In this document: positions 45,624 through 55,930 of the stretch, piece by piece
Layout: every line of letters starts with the position of its first letter
How positions within the stretch are numbered: the stretch's first letter is position 1
The notes under the pieces: model-generated
What the model saw: the letters and a program-made list of their open reading frames with translations, nothing else
Database searches by the model: none
Told to the model about the DNA's origin: nothing
From: Planctomycetota bacterium
GTDB lineage: Bacteria > Planctomycetota > UBA11346
Direction of reading: 5' to 3'
DNA length: 64,000 bases
Assembly: GCA_038231435.1 (NCBI GenBank)
Contig: JBBRLJ010000030.1
Location: 1-64,000 of the forward strand
Program-made: the position numbers and the translations under genes

Positions 45624-47261
45624 GTGGACGACTCCCGGATCGTTGCGTCGATCGCGCCAGGCTTCGAGATGGCGGAGATCGAACGCCTGAGGACGCGCCT
45701 GGCCGAAGCCGAGGATCTGCTCGCCGCCATCCACGGCGGCGGCATCGATGCTCTGGTGGTGCCATCCGAGGATGGCGATCGCGTCTTCACCCTGACCGGT
45801 TCCGACCATGCGTATCGCATCCTCATCGAGGCGATGAGCGAGAGTGCGATCACCATGTCCCCTGATGGGGCGATCCTCTACTGCAATCAACGCGCTTCGG
45901 AGCTTCTGAAAGTCCCCTGTGAGCGGTTGGTCGGCACGTCTTTCGGTAGCTACGTCTGCACCGCCGACGCCGGGCGCTTCGATGGTCTCCTCAAGCGCGC
46001 CGCCAATGCTGCGGCCGCGAGCAAGGGCGAGGTGGTCCTGCAGGCGATCGATGGCGCAAAGATCCCGGTGTTCGTGTCGATGACCAGCTTGATGCCGCAT
46101 CGCATCCCGGGCATCTGCCTGATCGTCACCGACCTCACCGAGCAGAAGCGCAGCCAGGAGCTGTTGGCGGTACGTGAACGGCTCGAGCTCGCGCAGGCGG
46201 CCGGGCGCATCGGCGCATTCGAGTGGAATCTCGTCGATGGCACGATGCATTGGACGGCCGAGCTCGAGGCGCTGCATGGCCTGAAACCAGGGGAATTCGC
46301 TGGCTCGATCGCGAGCTGGGCCGAGCTCATCCATGCCGATGACCGCGGCGCGGTTGAAAACGCGCTGCGCGCTTCTCGAGAATCCCGGGCGCCGCTCGAC
46401 TGCGAATTCAGGGTGGTTTGGCCTGACGGCAGCGTGCACTGGATGGCGGCGAAGGGCCAGGTGCAGTGCGATGCCGCAGGACGGTCGGTACGGCATCTGG
46501 GCGTGAACATCGACATCACCAGGCGCAAGCTGGCCGAAGCTGGACTCGCGGTGAAGGCAGAGGAGCTCGCGCGTTCGAACGCCGATCTCCAGCATTTCGC
46601 CACCATCGCCTCGCACGATCTGCAGGAACCGCTGCGCATGATCTCGGGCTATCTCAGCCTGCTCGAGCGCCGTCATGCGCCATCTCTCGACGACAGCGCC
46701 AAGGCCTTCATCGGATTCGCGCGCGACGGAGCGACGCGCATGTCGGCGCTGATCCGCGCGCTGCTCGCGTATTCCTCGCTCAATGCCCAGGCGATCGATC
46801 TCGTCGAGATCGATCTCGCGGAACCGCTTGGAGATGCCTTGGCCAATCTTTCCGGTCAGATCGCCAGCCGCCAGGCGGATATCGTGCATGATCCGCTGCC
46901 GCGCGTGCGCGCCGACCGCATGCAGATGGCCCGGCTGTTCCAGAACCTGATCGCCAACGCGATCAAGTTCTGCCGGGATTCCGTCCCGGCGGTGCGCATC
47001 TCGGCGCGCGCCGAAGCGGGGACGTGGATCGTGTCGGTCTCCGACGATGGCATCGGTATCGACGAGTCGCAGAAAGACCGGCTCTTCCAGATGTTCCAGC
47101 GTCTGCATTCGAATGACGAGTTCTCTGGTTCGGGCATCGGCTTGGCGCAGTGCAAACGCATCGCCGAGCGCCACGGAGGGAAGATCTGGGTGGAGTCGCG
47201 CGTTGGCTCGGGCTCGTGCTTCTCCTTCTCGCTGCCCGCGATCGCATCGTCTGGCCAATAG
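45624..47261 (+). CDS. PAS/PAC sensor histidine kinase (Cph1-like kinase core)
   Basis: Two PAS domains, ASHDLQEPLR, FQNLIANAIKF, FQRLH, GSGIGLA. Start uncertain (GTG 45624 has GGAGGAGG RBS; ATG 45567 and 45585 are alternatives). Confidence 0.9.
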   Translation: MDDSRIVASIAPGFEMAEIERLRTRLAEAEDLLAAIHGGGIDALVVPSEDGDRVFTLTGSDHAYRILIEAMSESAITMSPDGAILYCNQRASELLKVPCERLVGTSFGSYVCTADAGRFDGLLKRAANAAAASKGEVVLQAIDGAKIPVFVSMTSLMPHRIPGICLIVTDLTEQKRSQELLAVRERLELAQAAGRIGAFEWNLVDGTMHWTAELEALHGLKPGEFAGSIASWAELIHADDRGAVENALRASRESRAPLDCEFRVVWPDGSVHWMAAKGQVQCDAAGRSVRHLGVNIDITRRKLAEAGLAVKAEELARSNADLQHFATIASHDLQEPLRMISGYLSLLERRHAPSLDDSAKAFIGFARDGATRMSALIRALLAYSSLNAQAIDLVEIDLAEPLGDALANLSGQIASRQADIVHDPLPRVRADRMQMARLFQNLIANAIKFCRDSVPAVRISARAEAGTWIVSVSDDGIGIDESQKDRLFQMFQRLHSNDEFSGSGIGLAQCKRIAERHGGKIWVESRVGSGSCFSFSLPAIASSGQ

Positions 47262-47421
47262 AAGCCTCCACATCGTCATTCAGGATATCGATTCGATAGG
47301 CGCCGCGGAGGAGATGATTCGTCGGCGCAACGGCTTAGCGCGCCACGCCCAGCGGTATAACGATCTCGCAGGCCGCATTGCACCATCAGTAGCCAGCGCA
47401 TATAAGCATCACGAGCACACC

Positions 47422-47847
47422 ATGAATTCCGCGCCCCACATCCTGTTCATCGACGACAACGCCGGTGACGTGCAGTTGCTCGAGACGGCGTTCGAGGACG
47501 CGGGCGTGGCCAGCCAGCTGCATGCGGTGGCGAATGCGGTCGAGGCGTTCGAATTCCTTGCCAAGCGCCGCGAGTTTTTCGGCGCTCCGTCGATCGACCT
47601 GATCCTGCTCGACCTGAATCTGCCGATCTTCGACGGCAAGATGATCCTGCGCGAGCTCAAGAAGGATCCCGATTGGAGCCGAATCCCGGTGGTGATCTTC
47701 AGCTCGTCGGAGTCCAAGCACGATCGCAGCGAATGCGAGCGCCTCGGCGCCACGGCCTATCTGGTCAAGCCGCACCATTTCGATCAGTTCGTCGAGATCG
47801 CGCCGCGCATCGTGCGCTACGCCCGCTCGGACATGCTGCCGTCGTAG
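47422..47847 (+). CDS. Single-domain response regulator (Rcp1-like)
   Basis: IDDNAGD, ILLDLNLP, IPVVIFSSS, YLVKP. Confidence 0.9.
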   Translation: MNSAPHILFIDDNAGDVQLLETAFEDAGVASQLHAVANAVEAFEFLAKRREFFGAPSIDLILLDLNLPIFDGKMILRELKKDPDWSRIPVVIFSSSESKHDRSECERLGATAYLVKPHHFDQFVEIAPRIVRYARSDMLPS

Positions 47848-47954
47848 CCACTCCGGGGGGTCTACGAGCCGCACCGGGCCTGATAGCCTTTTTCGCTCGG
47901 CTTTGAGGTTTCCCAGTTGGGCTGCGTGGGGTATCCTCCTGCTCAGGAGCCTCC

Positions 47955-49025
47955 ATGCCCAGACCCAGCTTTGGTCCGTCCGATCGTTTCGCGGTCTGCA
48001 GCGCAGCTCTCATCGCCCTGGCGTTCGCCGGATGCGGCGGGAGTTCGCCGGCGACGAATACCGCTGGAAGTGGCAACGGCCAGCCGCCCACCGTCGTCCA
48101 GTCGAATGCCCTCGCAGCCGCCAACGCCCTGCGCGCGGAAGCGCAGGTCCCGGCCATGACGATCGACGGTCGGCTCAACACCGCGGCGACCCGCCATGCG
48201 GGGTACCAGGCGATCGAAGGCGGCAACCTCACCCATGTCGAGCCGAACTCCGCCAATGCGCTGTTCACCGCCGTCCAGTTCGGCGATCGCATCCGCGCGC
48301 AGAATGGCGGCGTGGACCTGTTCGGGTCCTCCAGCGGACATGTCTATTACGAATGCATCAGCAGCGTCGCTGGCGCGGCCTCCATGCGCTCGCTGTGGAA
48401 CACCGTCTACCATCGCATCCCGATCATGCGTCACGAATCGACGCTGTTCGGGTTCGGCGATCTCGACATCGCGCGTGTCCAGTATCCCACAGCGGGGGTT
48501 CCGGCCTTCACAGGCAACGGCTACGCGACGTCGGAATTCGCGGGTCTGGGCCTGTCGAGCTCGGCGGTGACGGCCAGCCGCTGGCCTGCAGTGGGCGAGA
48601 CCGGCGTCGAGACCTCGTTCAGCACTGACTCCGAGACGCCCGACCCGGTCGGACTGCAGATGCCAGGAGGGACTCCGAATTCGCTGCAGAATCCCCAGAC
48701 CGAACCCACCGACGTCGATGTCGTCGGACCGCCACTGCACGTGATCTTTCCCACCAGCCAGAATTGGACGGCCGTGAGCGTGGCGATGAAGCACGGCTCG
48801 ACATCAGATCCGGTGTACATCCTGCTGGGGTTCGTCCAGCCGGCCGCGTTCCCCACCACTATCGCGGGCGCCAGTTGGGACCAGGACTTGAATGCCGGCG
48901 AAATCTTCATCCTGCCCAAGGTGCCATTGCTCGCCGGCACGGTCTACGATGTGGCGGTCACCGCGACCACCGCCAGCTCATCCCTGTCCATCCCGGCCGG
49001 CTCCTGGACATTCACCACCCAATGA
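47955..49025 (+). CDS. CAP/SCP-domain lipoprotein
   Basis: Lipobox FAGC; ANALRA, LNTAATRHA, LTHVE, WNTVYHR..IM; C-terminal Ig-like WTFTT. Confidence 0.75.
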   Translation: MPRPSFGPSDRFAVCSAALIALAFAGCGGSSPATNTAGSGNGQPPTVVQSNALAAANALRAEAQVPAMTIDGRLNTAATRHAGYQAIEGGNLTHVEPNSANALFTAVQFGDRIRAQNGGVDLFGSSSGHVYYECISSVAGAASMRSLWNTVYHRIPIMRHESTLFGFGDLDIARVQYPTAGVPAFTGNGYATSEFAGLGLSSSAVTASRWPAVGETGVETSFSTDSETPDPVGLQMPGGTPNSLQNPQTEPTDVDVVGPPLHVIFPTSQNWTAVSVAMKHGSTSDPVYILLGFVQPAAFPTTIAGASWDQDLNAGEIFILPKVPLLAGTVYDVAVTATTASSSLSIPAGSWTFTTQ

Positions 49026-49879
49026 TCTCGCGTCGGCGCCTGGCCGCCGTGACCGTCGTCGTGCTCTCGGCCGCGGTCCTGATCGCGCTGCGTCAGGCAA
49101 CGCCCGCATCATCGGCCTACGCTCCACCATGTGATGTGGTCGGGGCGCCTGGCCCGGGCATGGAATCGGCGACGGGCGCGGTTCAGGTCACGGAGCTGCG
49201 CCCGCGCGATCGTGCGCTGGCCCGCGCCTACGCCGCCGTCGGCCTCGCCGCCGATGGGTCGCCCTCGCAGCTCGCCAGCCTGGACGACGAGGCGAAACAG
49301 CGGGTGGACGAAGCGCGCTCGCTCCTGGAGATCACCCCGCGCGCGACGCGGACTCCGGCCGCGGCCGCGAGGGATGCGACCGCGCCACACGACATCGATG
49401 CACCGTCTGGCGGAGCCCCATCTGCGCCTGCGGTGGTGGCCGAGTCATCGGCGGGTGTCGGCTCCATCGTGGCACCGCCATCGGCGGGAACCGGGATGCC
49501 GCCTGCGCCGGAAGCCAAGCCCCGCGCCGTCTTCGATTTTTCCACTGCCGTAGATCCCGCTCGCGCCTTGCACGACGGCCCCGACGGCCCGGTGCTGCAA
49601 TTGCCAGGCTTGTGGGCGAAGGTCGCATTCCTGCCGTGGCACCGCTCGCGCCTGGTGATCGCCGATCGCAGCGGCGGTGGTTACGCCGTGGCGTTCAATG
49701 GCGGCGATTTCTCGACCCTCCGTCTCGATGGCGGCTTGGTGGTGCCGGGCCGATTCTACCAGGTGCGCGGCAACGCCGTGATCACCGGCGCGACCCCGGC
49801 GAGCATCGACATCCGCCCGCTCGACGCGGTGCCGTCGTATCATCCGCGTCCGCTGGTCCTCCCCGACGGGAATGGTTGA
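49022..49879 (+). CDS. Hypothetical exported protein
   Basis: ATGA overlap with the CAP gene; N-terminal hydrophobic helix; Pro/Ala linker; beta-rich C-terminus. Confidence 0.55.
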   Translation: MISRRRLAAVTVVVLSAAVLIALRQATPASSAYAPPCDVVGAPGPGMESATGAVQVTELRPRDRALARAYAAVGLAADGSPSQLASLDDEAKQRVDEARSLLEITPRATRTPAAAARDATAPHDIDAPSGGAPSAPAVVAESSAGVGSIVAPPSAGTGMPPAPEAKPRAVFDFSTAVDPARALHDGPDGPVLQLPGLWAKVAFLPWHRSRLVIADRSGGGYAVAFNGGDFSTLRLDGGLVVPGRFYQVRGNAVITGATPASIDIRPLDAVPSYHPRPLVLPDGNG

Positions 49880-49962
49880 GGAGGAAGTACCCCTCGACTT
49901 ACTGCGGGCGCTAGAAAATTTCCGCTTTCCCGCTCCTCTTCCTCTCCTCCGTTCTCCGCTCC

Positions 49963-51048
49963 CTATCCGCTCTTCGCGCGCTTGTAGAACGGCAGCTTCA
50001 CCACCTCCGCCGCGCAGCGCGTCCCCCTGATATCCACGTCGATGCGCGTTCCCGGCGCGGCCTGCGCCGTTGCCACGTAGCCCATGCCGATCGCCTGGCC
50101 GAGCGTGGGTGAGAGCGTGCCGGAAGTGATCTGGCCGATCGCGGCGCTCCCGGCCGTGTCCATGATCGGGTAGTGGGTGCGCGGGACGCGCTTGTCGAGC
50201 ATGCGCACGCCGACCAGCTGCCTGGCCACGCCATCGCGCAGCTGTGTGAGCACCACGCGATCGCCGATGAAGCCGCCGGCCTTGTCCACCGCAAAGGCCA
50301 GTCCCGCCTCGATCGGCGTGACGCTGCGATCGAGCTCGTTGCCGTATAGCGGCATGCCCGCTTCGAGCCGCAGGGTATCGCGCGCGCCCAGGCCGCAGGG
50401 GGTGACGCCGGCGGCGAGCACAGCCTGCCAGAGCTCGCCGGCGCGTCCGCTCGGCAGGAACAGTTCATAGCCGTCCTCGCCGGTGTAGCCGGTGCGGCTC
50501 AGGCGCACGGTCGCACCGCGCCAGGGGCTGTCGTGGAAGGCGTAGTACTTGAGCCCGGCTGGGACCGTGAGTCCGAGGCCGTCGAGATGCCGCCGTGCCT
50601 CTGGGCCCTGCACGGCGATCATCGCCTGCTCGTCCGAGATGTCGCTGCAGGCTACGCCGGGTGCGAGCGCCGCCCGCCAGAGCGCCAGGATCTTGTCCTT
50701 GTTCGAGGCGTTGACGACGATGTGCCAGGCGTCCGGCGCGTCGCGGCTGACCAGGACGTCATCCTCGACGGTGCCGTCCTCGGCGAGCACCATGCCGTAG
50801 CGCACCTGGCCGGGCGCCATGTCGGAGGTGCGGCGGCAGACCTGGCGGGCGAGGAATGCCGTCGAGCCGGCGCCGGTGAGTCGTAGCCGGCCCATGTGGC
50901 AGAGGTCGAACGCGCCGGCTGCGGAACGCACCGCCTGGTGCTCGCTGGCGATGGACGAGAACTGCACGGGCATGTCCCAGCCGTGGAAGTCGATGATCTT
51001 GGCTCCCGCTTCCTTCTGGAGGTCGTGGAGCACGGTGCGCGCGGCCAT
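49963..51048 (-). CDS. gcvT: Glycine cleavage system aminomethyltransferase T
   Basis: FHGWDMPVQF, FDLCHMG, SRTGYTGEDGYE, GLGARDTLRLEAG, LPFY. Confidence 0.95.
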   Translation of the reverse strand: MAARTVLHDLQKEAGAKIIDFHGWDMPVQFSSIASEHQAVRSAAGAFDLCHMGRLRLTGAGSTAFLARQVCRRTSDMAPGQVRYGMVLAEDGTVEDDVLVSRDAPDAWHIVVNASNKDKILALWRAALAPGVACSDISDEQAMIAVQGPEARRHLDGLGLTVPAGLKYYAFHDSPWRGATVRLSRTGYTGEDGYELFLPSGRAGELWQAVLAAGVTPCGLGARDTLRLEAGMPLYGNELDRSVTPIEAGLAFAVDKAGGFIGDRVVLTQLRDGVARQLVGVRMLDKRVPRTHYPIMDTAGSAAIGQITSGTLSPTLGQAIGMGYVATAQAAPGTRIDVDIRGTRCAAEVVKLPFYKRAKSG

Positions 51049-51353
51049 CGGATTCCTTCCATCGCTGGGCCGGTGGCCCGGGGATCGATCAGGCCCAGGG
51101 TGGGCCGGGTCGGGCACCATGTCATGAAACCACCATCGCTCCAAGCGAGGAATCGCGGGTGGCGGGCGGGGGTGGACGAGCATCGATCGATGTCGCGGTG
51201 GGATTCCGGGGTCGAGCCGCAAGCTCATCCCGGGCAGGGCGATGCAACGCTTGGAAGGGGTCGTGGAAGCAAAATAGCTGGCAACAATACGGTTGAATGG
51301 AAGTAGCATCTCCGTTCACTCTGCGATTCCGCACGCATCCACCTGGAGCCGGC

Positions 51354-53786
51354 ATGTCGCCTTTCTTCCGCCCGTGTCAGCACCAGCATCTGCCTCGGCG
51401 TTTGGCCCTGGTCCTGTCCCTCGGACTCGCCTTGGGGATCGCCGCGGAACGGCCCATGGCCGCCGCCGACGCCGACAAGCCGTTGCCCCCACCCACGCCG
51501 AGCGCCGCCTCGCCGTCCGCCGCGGTGAAGGGAGCGAACGACCTGATCGCCGCCAAGCGCCTCGACGAGGCCATCATCCTGCTCGAGCCGTGGGTCGTCC
51601 TGCATCCCGAGGACAAGTTGGCGACCGAGACCCTGCTCTCGGTGCGCGTAACCCTGAAGGAGCAAGAGATCCGCAAGCTCCTGGGCGAGCAGGCGATGAT
51701 CAAAGAGATGATCGTCGGCGATCCTGATTACGAGATGGCCAAGGCGCGCGCCAAGAAGGCCGTCCAGCAGAGACTCGACATCGTCGAGTATTACGTGGCG
51801 CAGAAGCAGTACGGCGACGCCGCCGCGCTCTGCAACGCGATCCTCAACGAGTATCCGCACGACGAAGCCGTGCTGTGCCTGAAATTCCGCATCCTCAGCA
51901 CGCTGGTGGCGCGCGAGCGCGACGAGCTCCTGAAGGACCAGCAGTACCGGCATGGCGAAGGCATCAACGATGTCATCCGCGACGGCACCTTCTGGCGCGA
52001 TCCGCCCAAGATCCCGCGCACCATGTGGATCTTCGACGAGGACATCGCGGCGATCGATCGCGCGCGTGTTGAAGAGAAGCTCAAGGAGCGCGTCACCCTC
52101 ATCTACGACGGCACCAACGGTACGCAGAGCGCCCAGGTGCGCGAGGTGCTCGGGCCGCTGTTCGCTTACATCGGCATCAACTACGTGATCCTGGATGACG
52201 CGCTCGGTACCGAGAAGCTCACCATCCACCTGGTCGACGAGACCGTCGGCACCGCGCTCGAGACCATCGCCAAGCTGGTGAAGGTGCGCTTCAACTACAA
52301 CGCCGGCACCGTCTACGTCACCAATTCCGACAGCGAGGTCATGACCACCGAGATCATCCGTCTCGAATCGGGCCTGACCGATGTCGAGAACGAGGCCTCG
52401 CTGGCCAACGCCGGCGGTGCTGCCGGCCAGACCGGGAATCTCACGGGCGGGGGTGGCCTCAATCCGAGCGACCCCAACTACCAACAGCAGATGGCCCAGG
52501 CGCTCCAGCAGCAGGCCCAGCAACAACAGCAGCAGCAGAACGGGCAGAACGGTCAGCAGCAGAAGTCGAAATCGGATCTCGAGAAGTTCCTCGACAAGAT
52601 CCCCGACATCGTCGTCGGCTGGCCGACCGATGGCCGCATCTATCTCGACCGCAAGTCGAACACCGTCTACGTGCGTTCGACGCCATCGACCATCGTCGAG
52701 CTCAAGCGCCTGCTGCATGCGCTGGACTACAACAACGTCCAGGTGCTCATCGAAGCGCGCTTCATCGAGGTTTCCGAGGACGCCGCGCGTGAGCTCGGCC
52801 TCGACTGGTCGGGCGGCGGCAACAAGGGCGCCATCTCGGTCGGCGGTGCGGATCTCGTCGGCCCCGGCGGCACGGCCAATCCCGCGGCCTCGGGCGCCTC
52901 GATCGGCACCACCCAATCGGCCCTCGCCGGCGGCACCACGCCGCCGAACAACGGGCTGTTCGCACAAGTGCTGCTGAACCGCGGCATCAACATCGCGGCC
53001 AAGGTCAGCGCGCTCGAGCAGGAGGGCAAGGCCGACACGTTGTCGGAGCCGAAGATCCTCGCGCTCAACAACTCGCTGGGCATCCTGAAAGTGAGCCAGC
53101 AGGTCGCCTACGTGTCCGACTACCAGGCGCGCACCACCAACCAGAACTCGACGGTCAACACCGGCACGGTGGTGTCGTCCTCGACCACGGCCCTGGTGCC
53201 CACGTACACGACCGACGAGACCCACATCCTGCTCAAGATCCGCCCGTCGATCGCGCGCAACAGCGACATCATCACCCTGACCATCGCGCCCAACGTCCGC
53301 GAACTGGTCGACAAGCTGACCTCGCCCTTCCAGTATCCGTCGCAACCTGGTCAGGCTCCGCTGAACGGCACCATCGAGCACCCTGAGTTCGCCGAGCGCG
53401 ACCTGTCGGCGACCCTGCACGTGCAGAACGGCCAGACCATCGCCCTGGGCGGGCTGACCCGCGAACGCGATGTGAAGAAGATGGCGGGCGTGCCGTTCAT
53501 GTCGCGCATTCCGCTGCTCGGCCAGCTCTTCCGCCGCGACACCAAGAGCAGCGACCGCCGCAACCTGGTGATCCTGGTGACCGCGCACATCGTGGACCCG
53601 AACGGTTCGAAGCTCAGCGACGAGATCCAGCGCCTACGCGATACCGCGCGGGTGGTGCTGCCGCCCGAGACCCTCGCCGAGGTCGAGGCCCAAGCCGCGC
53701 AGCAGGCGCCTGGCGCGAACAACCCAGCGACCGTGCCCGCGGCTCCGCGCCAGTCGATGGATTCGCCCTGGCAGAAGGGCCGCTGA
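51354..53786 (+). CDS. Type II/IV secretion secretin (PilQ/GspD family) with TPR-like N-terminus
   Basis: N0/N3-like regions, QVLIEARFIEV, LSEPKIL, NGQTIALGGL, GVPFMSRIPLLGQLFR, NLVILVTAHIV. Confidence 0.9.
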   Translation: MSPFFRPCQHQHLPRRLALVLSLGLALGIAAERPMAAADADKPLPPPTPSAASPSAAVKGANDLIAAKRLDEAIILLEPWVVLHPEDKLATETLLSVRVTLKEQEIRKLLGEQAMIKEMIVGDPDYEMAKARAKKAVQQRLDIVEYYVAQKQYGDAAALCNAILNEYPHDEAVLCLKFRILSTLVARERDELLKDQQYRHGEGINDVIRDGTFWRDPPKIPRTMWIFDEDIAAIDRARVEEKLKERVTLIYDGTNGTQSAQVREVLGPLFAYIGINYVILDDALGTEKLTIHLVDETVGTALETIAKLVKVRFNYNAGTVYVTNSDSEVMTTEIIRLESGLTDVENEASLANAGGAAGQTGNLTGGGGLNPSDPNYQQQMAQALQQQAQQQQQQQNGQNGQQQKSKSDLEKFLDKIPDIVVGWPTDGRIYLDRKSNTVYVRSTPSTIVELKRLLHALDYNNVQVLIEARFIEVSEDAARELGLDWSGGGNKGAISVGGADLVGPGGTANPAASGASIGTTQSALAGGTTPPNNGLFAQVLLNRGINIAAKVSALEQEGKADTLSEPKILALNNSLGILKVSQQVAYVSDYQARTTNQNSTVNTGTVVSSSTTALVPTYTTDETHILLKIRPSIARNSDIITLTIAPNVRELVDKLTSPFQYPSQPGQAPLNGTIEHPEFAERDLSATLHVQNGQTIALGGLTRERDVKKMAGVPFMSRIPLLGQLFRRDTKSSDRRNLVILVTAHIVDPNGSKLSDEIQRLRDTARVVLPPETLAEVEAQAAQQAPGANNPATVPAAPRQSMDSPWQKGR

Positions 53787-53789
53787 GCG

Positions 53790-55928
53790 ATGGCGATGGC
53801 GGTCACCGGCCTTGACGTCGGCCATCGCACGGTGCGCGCATGCGTCATCGAGCGATCGGGGAAGACGCTGCGCCTGCGCGCCTGCGGCGAGGTCTCGCGC
53901 CTCGACGCGATGGGCGAGCCCAAGCCGTTGTCCTCGGTGGTGGCCGAGCTCGACGCCATCGTCTCGTTCTCTGGCCCGGTGGTCTGCGCGGTCAGCGACA
54001 TCAGCGCGCTGGTGCGCTTCGTGGCCACGCTGCCGTTGCCGCCAGACCGCCTCGCCCGCCTGCTGCGGCTCGAGCTGAGCCAGCATGTCGATGGCGGTGG
54101 CGATCTCGCGGCCGACACCCTGGTGGTGCCGATCCCGTCAGACGAGCTGATGCACTGCTGCTTCCTCGCCCAGCCGGCGCAGGTGTACGGCGCGCTCGTC
54201 GACCTGCGTGAGGCCGGCGTGCGTTCGCCGCAAGTGCACTTCGGGCCAGCCGCCGCGTACAATGCCACGTTGCCCCTGCCGCCGGTGCGCGATTCGGCCC
54301 TCGCCCTGCTCGTCGATATCGGTTCGGCGACCACCGGCATCACGCTCTTCGGCGAGGATCGCATGCTCGCCTGCCGCCAGGTGCCGGTCGGAGGCGACGC
54401 CTTCACCGATGCGCTGGTCGCGGCCGGCCGCGACCGCGCCGGTGCCGAGAAGTCGAAGCGCGTCGCCGGCGCCGCGATGGCGCCCACCATCAATTCCGAC
54501 GATCCGTTCGCGAAGATGCTCGACGCCGGGCTGACCAGGGATCCGACGCCCGCGACGCCGCAGGCAGCGTTGGCTGATCCTTCCGTCTCATCGCCGGACT
54601 CGGGTATCTCCTCCTCGTTCTCTTCCGTCTCGTCGTCTGCTTCCTCGTCGTCGGCGAGTTTCGACAGCGGTGATCACGACGAGATCGTGATCACCGATCT
54701 GCCACACGGCGATGAGCCCGCCGCGCCCGCGGTATCCGCGACCCAGGCGACCGGACTGCCGACACCGATATCAGCAGCGGTAACGCGTCCGGTCGAGCCC
54801 ACGGCGCCAGTGTCCTTGCAGGTGACCGCGCTCGATCCGGATCTGACCCGCGCCGCCGAAGCCCTGTTTGGACAGATCGTCAGCTCGCTGACCTGGTTCA
54901 AGGCTCAGCTCAAGCTCAAGGGCATCGATCTCAAGATGGTCTGCCTGGCTGGCGGCGGCGCGGCCCTGCCCGGCCTCGCGGCGTACCTGTCGCGCCGGCT
55001 CTCGATGCCGGTGCAGGCCTTCGATCCATTCGCCGGCATCGAGGCCGCGGCGAAGCCCGAGCACGCGCACGAATACACCACTGCCACCGGGCTCGCCCTG
55101 TCGCACCCGGGCTTCCGCTTCCGGCACGCGGTCAGCCTCGACCTGCGCCCAGACACGCTGGTGCGCCGCGAATTGTGGCGCTCGCGGCTGGCATGGCCGT
55201 TCGTTGCCGCCGCCTGCCTGGCCTTCGCCGCGGTGTTCGCCTGCCTGACCTTGTATGGCCAGCACGAGGCCGAGCGCGCGAGCCTCGCGAACTACGCCGC
55301 GTACCAGAGTTCGTACGACGCACTGAAGAAGAAGCTCGACGAGCGCGAAGCCGAGAAGGCCGCGCTCGACGACGACCTGCGCGCGATCGCGAGCCGCATC
55401 TACGCCGGCCGCGACCTGCTCTACACCATCCGCGCGCTCAAGGAGCGCACCAAGGATTCGTCCGAGCTGTGGGTCACCGAGCTCGAGACCCAGAGCGTCG
55501 GCAAGGACGCCGATCTCGCCTCCGAGGCCAAGCGCATGGGCGACGTGGTGCGCGTCGAGACCAACCGCGATACCGCGATCGATCGCGGGGCGGTCAAGAT
55601 CTCGGGCCGCGTGAAGTTCGCCTCGGCCTCGGACGACCGCCTGCGCCTCGAATTCCTCAACAAGTGGCGCCAATGGATCGAGGAGTGGACGCTGCCGACC
55701 GCGTCCGCCACCGGCGAGGGCGGCTCGCGGTTGTTCACCCGCTCCAAGGAATTCGTCATCGATCCGACGCACAAGGATGAGGCGGCGCTGAAGGCCAACA
55801 CCTCGAGCGGCGAGTTCCCGTGGGTGGTGACCTTCTACTTCGCGCCCACCGATCTGCGGCAGGTGACCAGCGTGCGCACGGTTCCACCCGCTCCCGCGCT
55901 CGGCAGCGCCCCGCCGGTGGGGAGGTAG
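53790..55928 (+). CDS. PilM-PilN fusion (pilus alignment complex)
   Basis: GLDVGHRTV, LLVDIGSATT, GGDAFT, LAGGGAALPGL, TATGLAL, LDLRP; then TM, coiled coil, LWVTEL, VKISG. Confidence 0.8.
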   Translation: MAMAVTGLDVGHRTVRACVIERSGKTLRLRACGEVSRLDAMGEPKPLSSVVAELDAIVSFSGPVVCAVSDISALVRFVATLPLPPDRLARLLRLELSQHVDGGGDLAADTLVVPIPSDELMHCCFLAQPAQVYGALVDLREAGVRSPQVHFGPAAAYNATLPLPPVRDSALALLVDIGSATTGITLFGEDRMLACRQVPVGGDAFTDALVAAGRDRAGAEKSKRVAGAAMAPTINSDDPFAKMLDAGLTRDPTPATPQAALADPSVSSPDSGISSSFSSVSSSASSSSASFDSGDHDEIVITDLPHGDEPAAPAVSATQATGLPTPISAAVTRPVEPTAPVSLQVTALDPDLTRAAEALFGQIVSSLTWFKAQLKLKGIDLKMVCLAGGGAALPGLAAYLSRRLSMPVQAFDPFAGIEAAAKPEHAHEYTTATGLALSHPGFRFRHAVSLDLRPDTLVRRELWRSRLAWPFVAAACLAFAAVFACLTLYGQHEAERASLANYAAYQSSYDALKKKLDEREAEKAALDDDLRAIASRIYAGRDLLYTIRALKERTKDSSELWVTELETQSVGKDADLASEAKRMGDVVRVETNRDTAIDRGAVKISGRVKFASASDDRLRLEFLNKWRQWIEEWTLPTASATGEGGSRLFTRSKEFVIDPTHKDEAALKANTSSGEFPWVVTFYFAPTDLRQVTSVRTVPPAPALGSAPPVGR

Positions 55929-55930
55929 CC

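Noticed and set aside
51049..51300. Glycine riboswitch upstream of gcvT
   Set aside because: Conserved GGAGA / CCGAAG / CTCTCAGG elements were not found on the minus strand; an Rfam search would be decisive.
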